64,000 nt of DNA from contig OZ249445.1 of assembly GCA_965235115.1 (NCBI GenBank), positions 11,222,001 to 11,286,000 on the forward strand. Direction: 5' to 3'. This document shows, piece by piece, positions 12,468 through 26,689 of this stretch. This DNA comes from Laetmonice hystrix (lineage: Eukaryota). Numbering within the stretch: the first letter of the stretch is position 1; every line of letters starts with the position of its first letter. The notes below the pieces were generated by a model that worked only from the letters and a program-made list of their open reading frames with translations, did no database searches and was not told where the DNA came from. Position numbers and translations under genes: made by a program.

Positions 12468-15400
12468 TACGCGACGAATGGCCTTGGCAGAAGGGGGAGT
12501 TATTTGGCACTTTATGGTACCAGCGAAATTGAAGCTTAGCTTTGATCAGGTACAAATCCATGCACAAGTCGCGGCTGGCCCATACAGCGTTTAGTGACAC
12601 AACCTATACATATGACTACCTTGCTTCATCAACGCTAAATCCGCCAATATAGAACAGAATATAGAGGGCATTTACACACAGCGCCCGGCAATGATCCCAC
12701 CCTGCTCACCACAGATGCTATCATCAAGTGAAAATCCCCGCTTGAAACAACATTACATCCAGTGAGGCATCCGTCACCACCGCGGCACATTGAGACACTG
12801 ATCAGCTGGTGGCCACAGGCAAAGCCGGCCGGTTGCACACCACTCCAATATATTGCGCTTAGTATGAAAGGATTAACCCAGTCGGCCAGGTCGAAAGTAC
12901 CCCTCGCTACCCTGACAATCTGGCCATGGTGTCCTCCGCGGCTCGTCTGGTTCAAGGCCCGGTCTGGCTGGACCGACCAACCTCCCCATTGACGGTTTGT
13001 TTTGAGGCCCACCTCAAACCTACCCTCATCTTTCACCTCCAGCCTTGTTGGTTACTCCATTAAGGCTCACTGATACCTGTCTAGATTGAAGCACTTTAGG
13101 GTTAATGAACATACACTAACAAGTATTGATGGTACGAAGGTGTATTTTACAGCGGTTTGATCACTCTTGTACCAGTGTCACGACCCATACAGGGCGTTAC
13201 CAGTTTAATGTCAACATTGTCGTTATATTTGTTAAAAAGTATTTTTAATTGCGTTTCAAGATATACTAGGAGAAGCTAGCGAAATTGGACATAGTTGGGG
13301 TGCTTTAGGGTCTGGTAGTTTGTGCCGTCTATTTTGTTCAGATAATTGTGTTATTCTATACTATTTCTCGCTTACAAGGTATGTAATTTAGGGCGAGTAA
13401 TTAAAAGCTCAGTCACCAAAACCACTTGTGGCAATCGGCACCCCCAATCAGTGTTATCAACCAATACACATCCTACACGGAAATACTGTTTAGTACTTCA
13501 AAAGTGTGACCGACAAGTGGAGTGTGTAATTGGATCAGTATATTATTCCAAGTCAAGAAGCTAAACGACCTGTCACTTTAACAGACGAACAAAATGGTCG
13601 TGACGGAACCATCCAAGAAATACGCCATGATAGGGTTATTTTTGGAATTGATAATAAGACTGTGGGGTCAGGGTCACAATGAGAGCGCCATGGCAACACC
13701 CGACCAGGAGAGTGGTTGTTGGAGGGGAAGGGGCGCAATTGGCGTGGCCATCGAGGCCAAGGCTGGAGCCCCAGTGCTAGCAGTAGCAATAAGAGCAGCC
13801 AGCAGTAAGATTGCTACCCCTGCCCTGTGCCATACCCCATCTAGATGAGGAGGGGTGGGTAGAGAACATATTGATGACGACCATGCCGCGGTAACCCCCT
13901 AAGGAGTCGTGCAACCATGGCTCCGGGCACAGGCCAATGATGGCGGCCGTGGACTCTGGACAGCAGTAATAGGTCCACAATCTGATATAGGGCTCTGCCA
14001 ACATAACTGTCTACCGGCTCGATCCTCATGCCATACAGCCACTGGATCACTGCCACGACATGGTTGGTTTCGATCTCCTGCTCGGCTCCTGCCCTCCATC
14101 CTCGCACACGCCCGCCAAGCCTTGAGAACCGTACCCTTACTCTGCACCTACCCATTCCGTGTACTTTTCTTCACTTGTAATTGGCATCAGGCTCACACCG
14201 AAACCAAATAAAGTCGTGAAAGTTCAGCGTTATGGAAGTATAAAAAAAGAGTTTTCTCTTGACAGAGTGAGGCAAACATGGCATGTATATCATGGAGATA
14301 TGATGGGATGAGCCATAAAAAGTGGTCAAATAGGAATTGGTTGTTAGAGGGATATGAGCAGGGTCAGCCGCGGCTTGGAAGGGAGTAGACCCCGTTACCC
14401 AGGAACAGTTACAGGAGAGAACAGGTGCTTCCCTGCAGGCGTGTGCAGACCCAGCGACGACCAGTAGAATAGTGTATGGAATATTAGTCTGATGCAAACC
14501 TTGGTTCCACCAAAACATTTAACTATATTCTCAGAACGTACAACATTTTTGAAGCCGTTGAAGGTTAGCTGCAGTGTAGGAATGGGTCGAGACATGTGGT
14601 CCTGTTCAGACGGCAACCGTTATAAAGAAGGGGCCAGAAATGACATTTCCAGACGCCGTTGTCAGCCACAATAGAATCATCTCCGGCGCTCCTTGAATAC
14701 CACGGCAGACCAGAAAATGAGACCATCTCCCCGAGTTCTACTGCCTTTTGACCACAAGAAATTAGCTCAGATGCGATGGATACAGGCAGTTAATGGCAAG
14801 AGAGTACTTAGGGGCCAGAGGACAGAGCGCGATGGACCCTTGGCAGGGCCATGTCCTGAGGTGGGGTTTTTAATCAGGAGGTCGAGATGCCCTACAGCAG
14901 ATTGGGCGTCAGGAACACGGGGCCTAGACAAAGGTAAACGTAGCTCCACCCAAAGTCTCCGCCAGTCCTGGAAAGAAGTGAAGGCCTGGCATTACTGGAG
15001 GGCGTTAGCCTAAGGACTTCGGTCCGGCTCGATGAACTATTACATTCGGAGGCGTAATTTCCAATTTAAGGTCGGTGGGGGCCAGAGCTGGGGTGAATGG
15101 GTAGGTTGATGGAGTGCTGCCACTGAGAAGGGTTCATCTGGAGAGTTTGGTGAAGGGCGCGTTCTCCTGTAGACGAGTTAGGGTGTTTGGGGACCTGCAC
15201 TTCAAAGCTCATTCAAGTTAATGATGAAAGGCCGTTCCCTTCAGTTAGGTCAATTCATTATACCTTGGCACAAAGCAACCAATCTGACCACTTAAGGTCT
15301 AAAGGCCAAAAAGGCCCTGGAATGTCAGCAGAACAAATGCATTAAAATTTGTATGAGAAACGTCATGGATTGTGAGATTTCAATCTAGTAGAAGTGGAAA

Positions 15401-18400
15401 CTGGTACACGTGTTTGCGCCCAGGAATGGTCCGAGAGTTTGCTAGTGGTAGTTACCACTGCATAAATGACAGAGATTCACAGTGTTTGTGTGTTCCGGAA
15501 AAATTATCTGTTTCGGTAAAAAGGAAACTTGAGGGAAGGGATGGAAGGTGCCTCATATCACTCATCATTTAAACCGTGAATCTCCCTGAGCCCAGATGAG
15601 TAAAGTGGGCCCAAGAGAGCTCGTATTATATCTGCGTATGATTTCAAAAAACGCAGCAATACAATTATAATCCATCAGCGTCACTTGGGTCTTTCTGAAA
15701 TTGTCAGTTCAGATATATCCGCAATCCTTTCAACTGAACATTTTGTACGTATCGTCTTCTGGTATAAACTCCATGCACATTTAATCGTAAGTAGTATATT
15801 GAAAGGCGTACTTGTTACAGGCCCGATTATCAAGCCAGGCAGTGCAGTACAACACATACTAGTATTACTAAATTTCCTGTAGGCCAGGTTTTTTTTTTTT
15901 TGGGGGGGGGGGGACTTCTGACATCCAGGCTACCCCCAAGTTGTTCAAGCCCCCCCCTCAAAAAAAGGTGAAATTCCCCAGGAAACGTAAAGCCCTGTGC
16001 ATAGCTGTCAGATCGAGTTACGGGCGTTATCCTATCCTGAAGCTTCAGCTTTTGAAATGTCGTTGGAAAAGAAAGTTTAAAACTCTTTTTAGTAGTTCTT
16101 CCGCTTTCTTCTGCTGACTGAGTGAAACTGAAGTTAGGAGTATAAATAAGAGATGTCTCCTGTACAATATTTGTTAAGCGTTTAAGATCCCGCATGTGCA
16201 TTTAAGTCGCCATGATACGTAACGGATCTTGTCCATTCAGTGTTTCATATTGAGAGGACAGAGTGATAGTGATTTAGGTTTTGTTTGGGATGATCGTTAG
16301 TTTTAGAGGAACGTTATTTAATACATTGAAATTCTGAAGCGCAGACTTGTCTGCATAGACAGGTGATGTGAAGTTTTGCTTACCACCATGGGGTTTTTGT
16401 TTTGTATAGAGACAGTGTTGTAGAATGCCACGGTTGGAACAGATGGTACAAAAAGATGACATCCATGAGCACCTCATCAGTCCGTAATGTGTTTAAAGAC
16501 GAGAGACTGTACAGCAGAAGACACTGGCGCTACGACCATGCCAACTACACATTCTTTTAGATCTGTGGAACCTGATAAAGATGCCAGGATAGACACGTAC
16601 CATCAAAATAATAAGAGTACAGCGATTTACATGATGCGCCCAGATAAAATGCGAGGCTTGAGGACAAAAACCTGGCCAGGCCACCTCGTACTCTTGAACT
16701 CATTAGCACAAACGGGTTCAGTGTAAGATCCCAAAACAATATTTGGTGGGAGTTTATTAAGTCAGAGTGATAGTGGTTGCAGCCTCGTGGCTAGGTCTCT
16801 CATTACCGACTGACATGGCCCCCAACCATTCATAACGTGAACGAAGCGGGATCAGCCGCGCCCTCCTGCCGTAATAGGGTTGTTGCCTCTCGCTGTAGCT
16901 CGTCTTGGTCAGGAAGGGTTGGGGGTTCGGGTGATTAGGGAAGCCCCAGTGGAAGACCTTGGTGGCACCCAGCTTATTAACTTCTGGCTCAGTGTCGGCA
17001 CTACATAACATTTTGCCATAATGGTGGCAAGAGGTACATTGGCAGCCATCGAAGAAGGTTTTCATTTTCGGTATTTCCTGATGAATACCTCTCTTATATT
17101 GCGGGGACCGTTGTGACGGAGCAGGATGTATACCGTAAAGTAGATTGCTTCACAGGGAGGAGGCCGGCTGAGGTCATTTCACGTGTGAAGGCGATGGAGG
17201 CGGCACCAGGTTGGAAGCCATCAAAGGCGAGCAACTCAATAGCTGAGAACTCCATTCAGGGGCAGTCGAGAAGCCATGACAGGAACACCTCAGCCACCTC
17301 GCAGGGTCTTACGGGTGCAGCAAAACAGCAACACCATGCAGTCGGGGATCATGTCCTTGGATCGTGGAATCAACCTCCCGCCTGTCAAACCTTTCATGTT
17401 TTAATTCCGCGCTGTCGTGGAATCCAGGAAGAGATCATCATTAGTGCCATTCTTCATATAATTGTGCCTTGAAGGTGTAATTTGTAATTACACCTTAGGC
17501 TGACGTGGCAGGGTCGGGCCGTAAGGACCTGTGTACATCATAGCATGCCGCAGAGTGGGGGCTGGTCCCTGGGCTTATTATTGGGGCCATCAGTGGCGGC
17601 CCTAAGGACACCACCCTATTATCAGAGACAGAACGCAAGAAGAGCAGTCCAAAAATTTGCAGCAAAGATTGGATTTAGAACGATCCGGGCTGATCATCTG
17701 TGGTTGCCTGGCGCCATGATTAAGTATGTGATGTTGGCCTCAGAAGTGATTGATTGACGTAAGTTGTGCAATCTGGTAACGGGGGTAATGATGATGAAGA
17801 GCACCTTGCATACATAGAAGGCGACCTTGGGTTGGCAGTGTGTGTGTGGGGGGAGGACTGATTCCGAGTCAGGTAGATAGGACCGTACTGGCCGGTCCGT
17901 TCGACCAGAATGGCTGGGGTGTGGTCTGGCCCCCGCCAATCTCATCCCATTAGTCAAACTTACACAAGGAACATGGGGAGTAGTTTTCAGGGATCAGTAT
18001 TGGAATCCTCGATGACCGAGCTCAAGGTTGTATGGTAAATGGCCAACCTACTTATCGGTCTTCAGGAGACGGCAAGATTGAGAGGGAAGCTGATTTAACG
18101 TGGACTGTCCAGACATGCTGGGCTATGTACCTCCACCCCCATACCCCCCCCCCCCCCCCAGATCTACCGACCGCCTTGTTGTGGCACGCTGTCGGTAACC
18201 CTTGCCCTAGGCGTCAAGTCCCCCCCCCCCGCCAACCAAAAAAAAATCGTAGTGCTGGTTTACCAACTGTCTGGTTTCAACATGTCACACAGGAACTCTG
18301 ATACATAGATGAGCGTAAAGCTGCCAAGTTATCCATGGATTGAATGTACTTCTGGTTCGATACGATGGAGAGTTGTTTGTGTTATATATTGGACAGTTTT

Positions 18401-19467
18401 CGCGAATGTATTTTATGATGTGAAAGTCTAATGTTGAATCGAAAAAAAGTATTGATCCTGTATGTTGGGGGCCTATTACCATCTGTGGACACGTACAGAA
18501 ATATGAATAAATGGTTCAAATATTAATGAATTTCAATCGTTTAAATAAATGAAGCAATGAAGTTGAATATCGGTTGGCTCTTCATGGCGGGAATGATTAA
18601 TACAGACTGTGGGAGTCCCATCCCATAACAGTACTGATTGATTTGGTGTATCTGACAGACTGCATATTTTTTAAAGGTTTGTATATATTATGTATGTACT
18701 TACATAGACAAGTACTACATAATGTCTTATGCTCAATATACATGTACATATTATTGATCATCCGATATAATTCTTTAGTTTTCTACTTAGATGGTTATAG
18801 GAATAATCGGATTTATGATGCTAATATATCAGTGAAGGAGTTAAATCCAATTAAATTCAACAATAAAGCTAGGTTGATTTCTCATCTCTGGACTTGCATT
18901 TTTTCAGATAAATGTGGGTAAACTCCATGAATACCATTCTTAGCACCCGATCGTCTGTTTATATGTACATTGTACACAGTTTCTCATGGCGGCGGAGAAT
19001 ATTTTGCTCTGAAAGTAGTTCCGAATGGCATTGCAATATGAAGACATTGAGTTAGCAATTATCCGTGCGTGTGAGATTCTAATCAAACTGGACCAAACTG
19101 CCCACTGAGTCCATTCGATCTCATTAGTAAGATTCAATCTCATTCTATCTGATCCCCTTTTGTGGGTACGTGTGGGTGTGCCTGGGTGGACCCGTGGAGG
19201 TGTGCGTGTGTGTGTATACATGGGTTGTGCCGTCGGTTTATGTATGGGCCTCGTTAACCTAGGCACTGAAATCAGACTACTACCGTCGACTTCATCAAGA
19301 AGTCCATGACGGGCCTTTTCTCCGCCGCTAATTTGACGCTCATGCTGATTAACATGAATTGGATATGTGAGAATGCTTTGTGAGTGTGAGCTCGATAGAA
19401 CAACATCATCTGGGGCGGGGGCGGGGTGGGGATAGGGAGTGGGGAGTAATATATCCTTACGATAACC

Positions 19468-19492
19468 TATTTATTTATTTATTTATTTATTT
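19468..19492. repeat. (ATTT)n microsatellite, about 6 units
   Basis: TATTTATTTATTTATTTATTTATTT read directly. Confidence 0.9.
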
Positions 19493-19559
19493 TTATCTAT
19501 GTGTTTAAACCCCGACCCCTTCACGCTCCACCCAAACATGACTAAAATGGGACTTATAT

Positions 19560-19720
19560 TCAGGGGTCTGTAACTCCCGACCCCACCAAAATCAAGTATA
19601 GGGATTGGAAATGATCCATTCTGGCATGCCATTCAGACCTTATTGTGCTTTGAGATTACAGTGTTACCAAATTACACTTTAAATTTCAAAATTTCCCGAC
19701 ATGCCCCCGGACCCGTTCTA
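19560..19720. repeat. Probable fragment of an interspersed non-autonomous repeat
   Basis: Contains AAATTTCAAAATTTCC..CATGCCCCCGGACCC (19681-19714), a motif I recall from invertebrate MITE-like repeats. Boundaries are uncertain and it was not database-checked. Confidence 0.35.
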
Positions 19721-19929
19721 CCAGAACTCTGTGTTCACCTCATGACGGCGTCCATCCCTGGACAACAGTTCCCACCCACCGCTGTACGGCACCCAGTAGC
19801 AGACATAGCCGCTAACTCTGTCGTCAGCATGGCATGACCAAACTCCTGTTTGAAAGTGAAGCCTTAGTGACTTTGCTCAGGTGAGTCTCTTCCCATCAAG
19901 GATAGGTGAGAAGGCCAGACAATTAGATG

Positions 19930-20018
19930 GTTGTCATGGTAATTTGGGGTTTTCTTACAAGACCAGATCCCAGCAAGGGATGGGGTTACTCGGCAAGCAG
20001 ATTGGTTGCTATGGTAAC
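19930..20018. promoter_or_regulatory. Cluster of RFX X-box-like motifs
   Basis: GTTGCTATGGTAAC (20005-20018, near-perfect palindrome), GTTGTCATGGTAAT (19930-19943) and a weaker GTTACTCGGCAA near 19985. Confidence 0.45.
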
Positions 20019-22447
20019 ACAGGTGTATACCAGACAGATAACATCTTCCCATAATTGGTTTTTACTGATTGGATGTTGTGGTGCTGCGAGGGATCTTGGC
20101 GGCCCATAATAGCCAGAGGCAGAGGTAGATGAGATTCTCAACCCAAAACAATTTTTTAAAGTTTTTTTTCCCGAAACAATTGATGCCCGTTTCCCAGGTT
20201 AGGGGTTGTGAAATTATCCTGAAAGCTTAACAATGAGGAGAAAATAACAAGGTTTTATTTTATTAATCAACCTGTTGGAAGGGTTCGCTTTTGAGATTTG
20301 ATTCTGATGTGAATTTTGATTTCATAATATTGATTACATGTCAGATTGTGACGTGCATTATCGCAGCGTATGCTGTCTGTATTGAAAGTCTGTGTTTAAC
20401 CCCAAAAGAGAGTCTCATCTGTGAGAACCCGAGCCACATTTCTCTGCAAACTGAAAGAGTTGTGAGGCATTGGAAGCAAAATAATGAATAGAAAGTGGGA
20501 TGGACACTTGGCGTGTAGCAATCCCAAGCGTTGGCAGCCAGGGTTGAGGATTACTTCTGCAGTATGGACTGCCAGAAACCGTGTAGCTGGCGGCCAGTAG
20601 GTGTCGTGATGTGATGCTGCTGGTGTGGCCCACACCCCCTCCCTCAATCACCCCCCATAAACACGGTAAAATACCCGACCACCACCTGTTCGAAGCTGGC
20701 AGTCACACCGCCCACTAGTGTTTGTTATACTTCGTCATGTCCAACACAGACTCCAAGGGACCTACTGTCATCCAAAACAGGACTGCTAACCAGAAGAGAC
20801 ACCCAAACATGCCTTGATTATTCATGGCATTGAGAGGTCTCTGTGATGAAGTGATTGATGAAATGGGGTTTGTTTTTAGTAAATGGACTCATTGCTGAGG
20901 TCGATAATTTCCATCATCAAAATATAATGGAAGGGGACAAATAAATGCCAGCTTGGTGAGGTAAATGCACATCAGACTACGTGAGGGCTTAATAGATTCT
21001 AATAACTTCCTAAGTGCACTAAAAGCCTTGAAAGCCCACCAACAAATGGGGCCAGAATGCATAAATAGGCGAAAGGAATGGCTCAAAGAAAAAATGTTAA
21101 TGATTAATTTTGGTGGCACAAAGAGTGTCATCCTCTGTGTCAATGAAAAAAGTGGTGAGGTTGCTGATGGACAAATATAGGCCGACACTGATAAATGAAA
21201 TATTAAGTCTGATTGCCTGAGTGGGCTAGACAGGGTGACTGAATTAGTTCGCTCCATTAGTGAGCAGTGGTGCTACACGTCTGTGACGGGCGTTCAGTTG
21301 GAGGAAATAGCCTTCTTCTCAAAGATAATGCACATAGAAATAACAGGTAGCAATGAAATATTCAGTAGGCACTTCATATGGCGTAGGCCAAGCATTATAA
21401 AATGTATCATCCAAGTTTTCTTCTTTTGTATGTATGTCGCCTAATTGGTGCGCTAATGGTCCCCAAATATTTGAGGCTGAAAATTTGATGGGCATTTTAT
21501 GGATGCTTAATGGAGCAGGAGTTCAGAAAGACTGGGATATAGGGTGCTGTGTGGTCAGTAGATGAACCAGAAATCTGTTGCACCCATCACTGGCCTATCC
21601 AGTGTTAACTGATGGAGATCGCTGCAACAAATGAGTCAGGGAATTGGATCGTGACAAATGGAACTGTCAGCAAATGGCAGGCTATTAGGTAACACTAGTG
21701 TTAACAAATTACTGGTTCGATCAGTTCTGCCATTGTTGATATGGACTACCTGAATGGTATTAGTTCGTCCTTGTGGCTATTCCTAACCCCGTCAACTGAT
21801 CAGTCCCTCGACTCGCTCATACCCAGATTGAGGGGGAAAGTGTAGGTGACGTTTTGAGACGACCATTACTCGGTGGGGACGGAGGGGAAGGTCTGCCACC
21901 GAAAAGGCCGCCACCCTCGGCCGCTACCGCTACAACACACCTGCTCGTCACCACCCCTATTACCTGGGCTTCACTCAACCACTGGCTTACCGACCGTCCA
22001 CCTGTCCCACAGGTAGGCACCACCAAACGGACCGTACAGGGGCTACACGGGTCAGGGCAGAGATATTGGAAGTTGTTTGTGCATGCTGGCTTTGGAAATT
22101 AAGTTAAGTGGGGAGGGATTTCAAATCACAACAAGTCACCTCCCCAACAATTTAGCTATTTTCAGCATGTCTGAATAGATTATCAGTCACACTGTAAACG
22201 TCGCCACCGAGATGAAGAAAAAGTATGAATAGGGAAAGAGATTAACATAATCACTTACACTGACGATAATCCTTGGTGATGGAGACATTACCACGGGGAC
22301 TGAGGATGAGCCCAAACCATTAATTGTCTAAATGCAGATAATCTGCGATGTGTGGAAAGGTTCTTGCCTAGATTGGCAGGCTGGTAAAAGAAGGTGTCAC
22401 AATGATTAGAGATTACTGGCCCCATGGTAATTAGCATAGAAAGGACG

Positions 22448-22455
22448 TGACGTCA
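22448..22455. promoter_or_regulatory. Full CRE palindrome (TGACGTCA)
   Basis: GTGACGTCAC 10-bp palindrome, with a second TGACGTCA at 39194-39201. An 8-mer is expected about once per 64 kb by chance. Confidence 0.2.
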
Positions 22456-24649
22456 CCGGGGAGGTATGTCTTTCAGGTGCAATACCGGGTGGATAAGTCA
22501 GGTAACTCAAGGGCGAACTCTGGGCAAGGAAGGAAACTAGACCCTAGCATACTGCCTCTAAACCTTACTATAGTACACCACTAAATAAGGAAATATAGCA
22601 TGAATATGGGCAGAAAAGAACAGTATAATATTATATTATATATTGCTTTATGTCCATTGATTGCGTTCACATGACTGTGCCAGTCACTATTCTATTTTTC
22701 TAGTAGAACCTAGAATAATAACGTATGATGCACTGACGTTATTATTAGTATCAAAATTTTGTTGAATATAATCATGATGAAACCTTTTCACGTATAAAGA
22801 ATAAGCAATCTGCCTCAATAAGCATTTGGAAAGGTCATCAATGGTGGACGAATTTCTTTGGGAGCTTTGTTATTTTAAGTAAAGTAACCAGGCAGGAATT
22901 ATGCTTTGAAAATCAAAGCCCAGAGTTAGTATGACAGGTATCCCAGTAGGCTATTCGGGGCGGTAATGGTGGGCATGTGGACTGTCAATATTGGTAGAGG
23001 CATTAGACTGAATTTTAATGTGTCATATTCAATGCATTAATTTATTAGAGGGAATGACAACGGATGGTTCTAATCATGAACACAGTGGTTAATTTGTCCT
23101 GGGTGTTTGCATATAAATACTGTATCATGTTGAATACCAAGGAATGGATATCACAAATACACGTAGAAATATGAGATTATTAGCACGTATTTATTTTTGT
23201 ATTTGTTTCCTTTTTTGAAAATTTACTGTGCATCATGATATATTATGTTTGTTGGGGAAATGGAAAAATGAATATTGGTTGGATACCAGCACCAAGCTGT
23301 TTGAGGGTGTCCATGTGGAATCCACGAAATGATAACCGGCCCTCGTGGATGGCGGAGTCGGAGATCTTATCAAGGATCAGTTAAAGAATAAAACGTGAAA
23401 ATTTACCAGAAAAAAAAACACTTACGTATTGATGGCTGTTGGTGCCATGGTAATAGCAGATATTCCGAGCAGGTATCGGAAATACTGCTTTAGTTCAGAT
23501 CGTAATGTCCCTTGGAGTCTTGATGTAGATGTTCTGAACCGTGTGTTAATGTAACCTTCTCCCCAGTCTGTTACGGACCAGATGGTTCCGAGTTAAATAG
23601 GGACCGTTCGAGTCTCTCCTTCTAATCTGGCCGTGCCACGGTTAAGACATGGATGACCAGGTCACACCGCCACCCTTACACCTATTGATGTCAGCAACCT
23701 ACTTCTATCTCCAAGGTAATAAGAAGAAGATTAAAGGAAACTCTGACTGCTTTAATTTCCTGCTTTTTGTGAGAGATATTATGCTCGGCAGGTGCCACAG
23801 GCAAAGCAAGCCAAGTCGGATGCAATTAACCCAAATATAGACAGGAACACATGCTGATACACTGGCTTGCTTGGGACAAGAGATATACCAGTACCGGTAA
23901 ATGAAATGTATGAAGGTTAGAACCGAGCGGCCGTCGCCTGCAGTCACCAGACTTTAGTATATGGGTCTCTACTTTGGACATCAAATTATTGTTGTTTTTT
24001 CTTCTTTGAATATTTTACATTCAAAGAGCTGCTGTTTCGATATATCTTTTACTTAGATCCAAATGTGGAGAAGCTGTAAGTAAGACTGTATTTTTGCTGA
24101 TTTTTTTTAATATGTCACCAAAACCTTTGTGTTTGTAAGGAATTCCAGGGTCAGAGCTTTGAAAAAAAAGAATATTTAAAATCGTTCTCAATTTAAACAT
24201 CTCAAACTAAACCACCTAGAATACCCAGGATCCGTTGTTGAATCCAGGAATAAGATGTTAGAGTTTGATTTTTGTATTACATGAACTTTTCATAATGTTC
24301 CGAGATGGCCAATAAACAAACTGATATCACGTTTAATTATTATAGAGGGCGCTGTGCAAATATTGAATTAGTTGGAGGCACAATATCATGTGACACACAA
24401 GTTGCAGTCGTCTTTTCCTCGTTTTAGCAGTATTTTTCTTCTGTTACAAGGTGTGGGATTGATTAAAAGTCATATATAAAATTGATAGTAAAAGTAGTAG
24501 TAAAAAGTACTTGTAACGTAACTGTTTGATTATGAGGTACACCATGCTAAAGAGTAAAAAAAATGTGGACTGGTATTTTATGAGAAGAGGAAAGCTAGGA
24601 TTTTTTTTTCTGTCGCTGTTTATCCCAATTTCATAGATAATCCATAGGA

Positions 24650-24673
24650 GATTTTATTTTCTTGCAGGTAAAT
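24650..24673 (+). other. Candidate recursive splice site (strong 3'ss fused to a 5'ss)
   Basis: ATTTTATTTTCTTGCAG|GTAAAT with AG at 24666-24667. The downstream phase-1 frame stops at once (GT AAA TAA), so it is not a coding exon in the frame of the other candidates. Confidence 0.35.
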
Positions 24674-26689
24674 AAAGTTTAATGTTGTTTACGATCGATA
24701 CTGAAACAATTATAATAGGTCAGCAGATGTTTCTCACGTTAAGTGGATTTTTAGAATAGGATACCGTTGCATGTTGCAAGATGATAACCATTGTAATACA
24801 ATACGCACATTGATAGCTTGATACTATCTACATATAACACAGAGAACCAAGTTTTCTTCTTTTATAAACTTTTTTTAATCTGTAGATGTCACATATAGGA
24901 TTACATATGTGTTTTCGTGGTAGGATGGATCTGTATCTGAAAATGTGGCAGGCTTATAGATAAAAAGTACTTAATCACCTGTGGCATATTCTTCTATATT
25001 TGAAAGCCTGATATATGGAATTACCAGACTAGTGGAAGTGCCTTTTAGTTTATGGATGGCAAGTCGCTTGATGCGAATTTGATGCAGAGATCTTTCAGTA
25101 AATTGAGCAGTTTTTAGAATTAGAGTTTATCCATCACCTCTCGGATTAACACTGTGTAATGGACATTAAAGTATTTTTAACAAGTCGCAAATCCTGCTAT
25201 GTACCGGTTCGGCTTACCCTAAATGCAATATGCATTAGGGCAAAAGAAAGGGTAGAACTGGGCAATGAAATAGCATTCAGCCTTGATGGGAAATTGTCGG
25301 CAAACAGAAAGGGGGTCTATAAAGAACAGCGTTACAGGTTGGTTTTGCAGCGTTAGATGATCATTTTTGACGTTTTTAAAAAAAGTTTTGCTGACATGGT
25401 ATTAGTAACACCAGGCCTACTCTAGGTACTCGCCCATCGCAGTTTGGTAGCAACTGACCTTGAAGAAACTGCAGGTCGTCAGTCATTGTAGGATGAGACA
25501 ACAGACACCTGAGTCAAGCGGCTATTAGTGACCTGAGTGATTGAAATCTAAGCTTGGCCTTAAATCTCCTCGGGAGGCTGCACACCTGCTAACGGGATCC
25601 TACCTTTAACATCAAACCCTCCTCCTCCTTCGGTATAATATATCCCACCTACCACATGTATAATATCCTAACAATAACCGGACACGTCTCAAGTGTAAGG
25701 ACGGTGAACTGTACCACCATCACTTTCTTCTACGTCATATACCCCAGTTGTCCTTTAAATAAGGAGTGATCAAGAAATGGAATTACACTATCATTGGCGT
25801 TTTGGGTGGAGAGTCGTCCTCATTCATTTCACATGAAATGGAGAAAATACGAAAACGCGGTTACACTGTAAGAATAATCGGCAGCTAATACGAGACACTT
25901 GATTAGCATTTAGATTTTTGACATGGTAAACTGCTACCTTAGCCAAAAATGTTCTTTTTTAACTCCTGGCGGCCGAGCCGTCGATTTACTAAGACGTGTC
26001 AGGCCCATCTGTTTCAAGGTGGAACAATAGGGCCATTGTTTGCAAGGGGGATATATCTTGTAGAGCGCTGCTGTTGTGTTGTCAGGGGATGGGGTTGTAT
26101 ATGTGGCAGGGGATCAGCAACCTTTCATTTATCTGTTGACCTATGAAAAGGACTGCAGTTACTTTCGTCCCTGCGTGTGGAAATTTATGTTTTTCTTCTC
26201 CATCACTGTCTCGGCACATGAGCAAAAAAAACAAAAAGATTCCCTTTATGGCAGCCAGGGTGTGTTTGTTCCTGGGTGTAGTAGCAGATGTGCCTCTTTT
26301 TGTTGGAGCCTTGTTTCGTGGCAAATTGATGTTTATGAGGGTAACTTGAACGTTTTGCATACATATTTGATAGGGGACATCCTTTCTTATCGTCAGAGTC
26401 TAGGTGTGGTAAGGTCAACTAAAAAAGGATAATCCATATAAATGTCCATTTTAAAAACCTGCAGTGGTGATGAGGCTGAGAGATGGTTGAAACTGGTCAT
26501 TATTTCACTCAGGTATAACCAGCCCTCTCAGACTAACTTTGCTCCGACTGTACGTTTGATTTGATTTCCCTTCATATCCTTTTGCTCTTGTAAAAATATT
26601 GCCATTGTAGGAAATTTCATTTATTCTACGACTGAATTAGACCATGGTCCACATACCTATAGTTAAATTTTACAGTGACTCTTAAATTT

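Noticed and set aside
18032-18301. 'VWFQ' suggesting homeodomain helix 3
   Set aside because: It is followed by HVTQEL rather than NRR, and the upstream sequence is poly-C low complexity without helix 1/2 residues.
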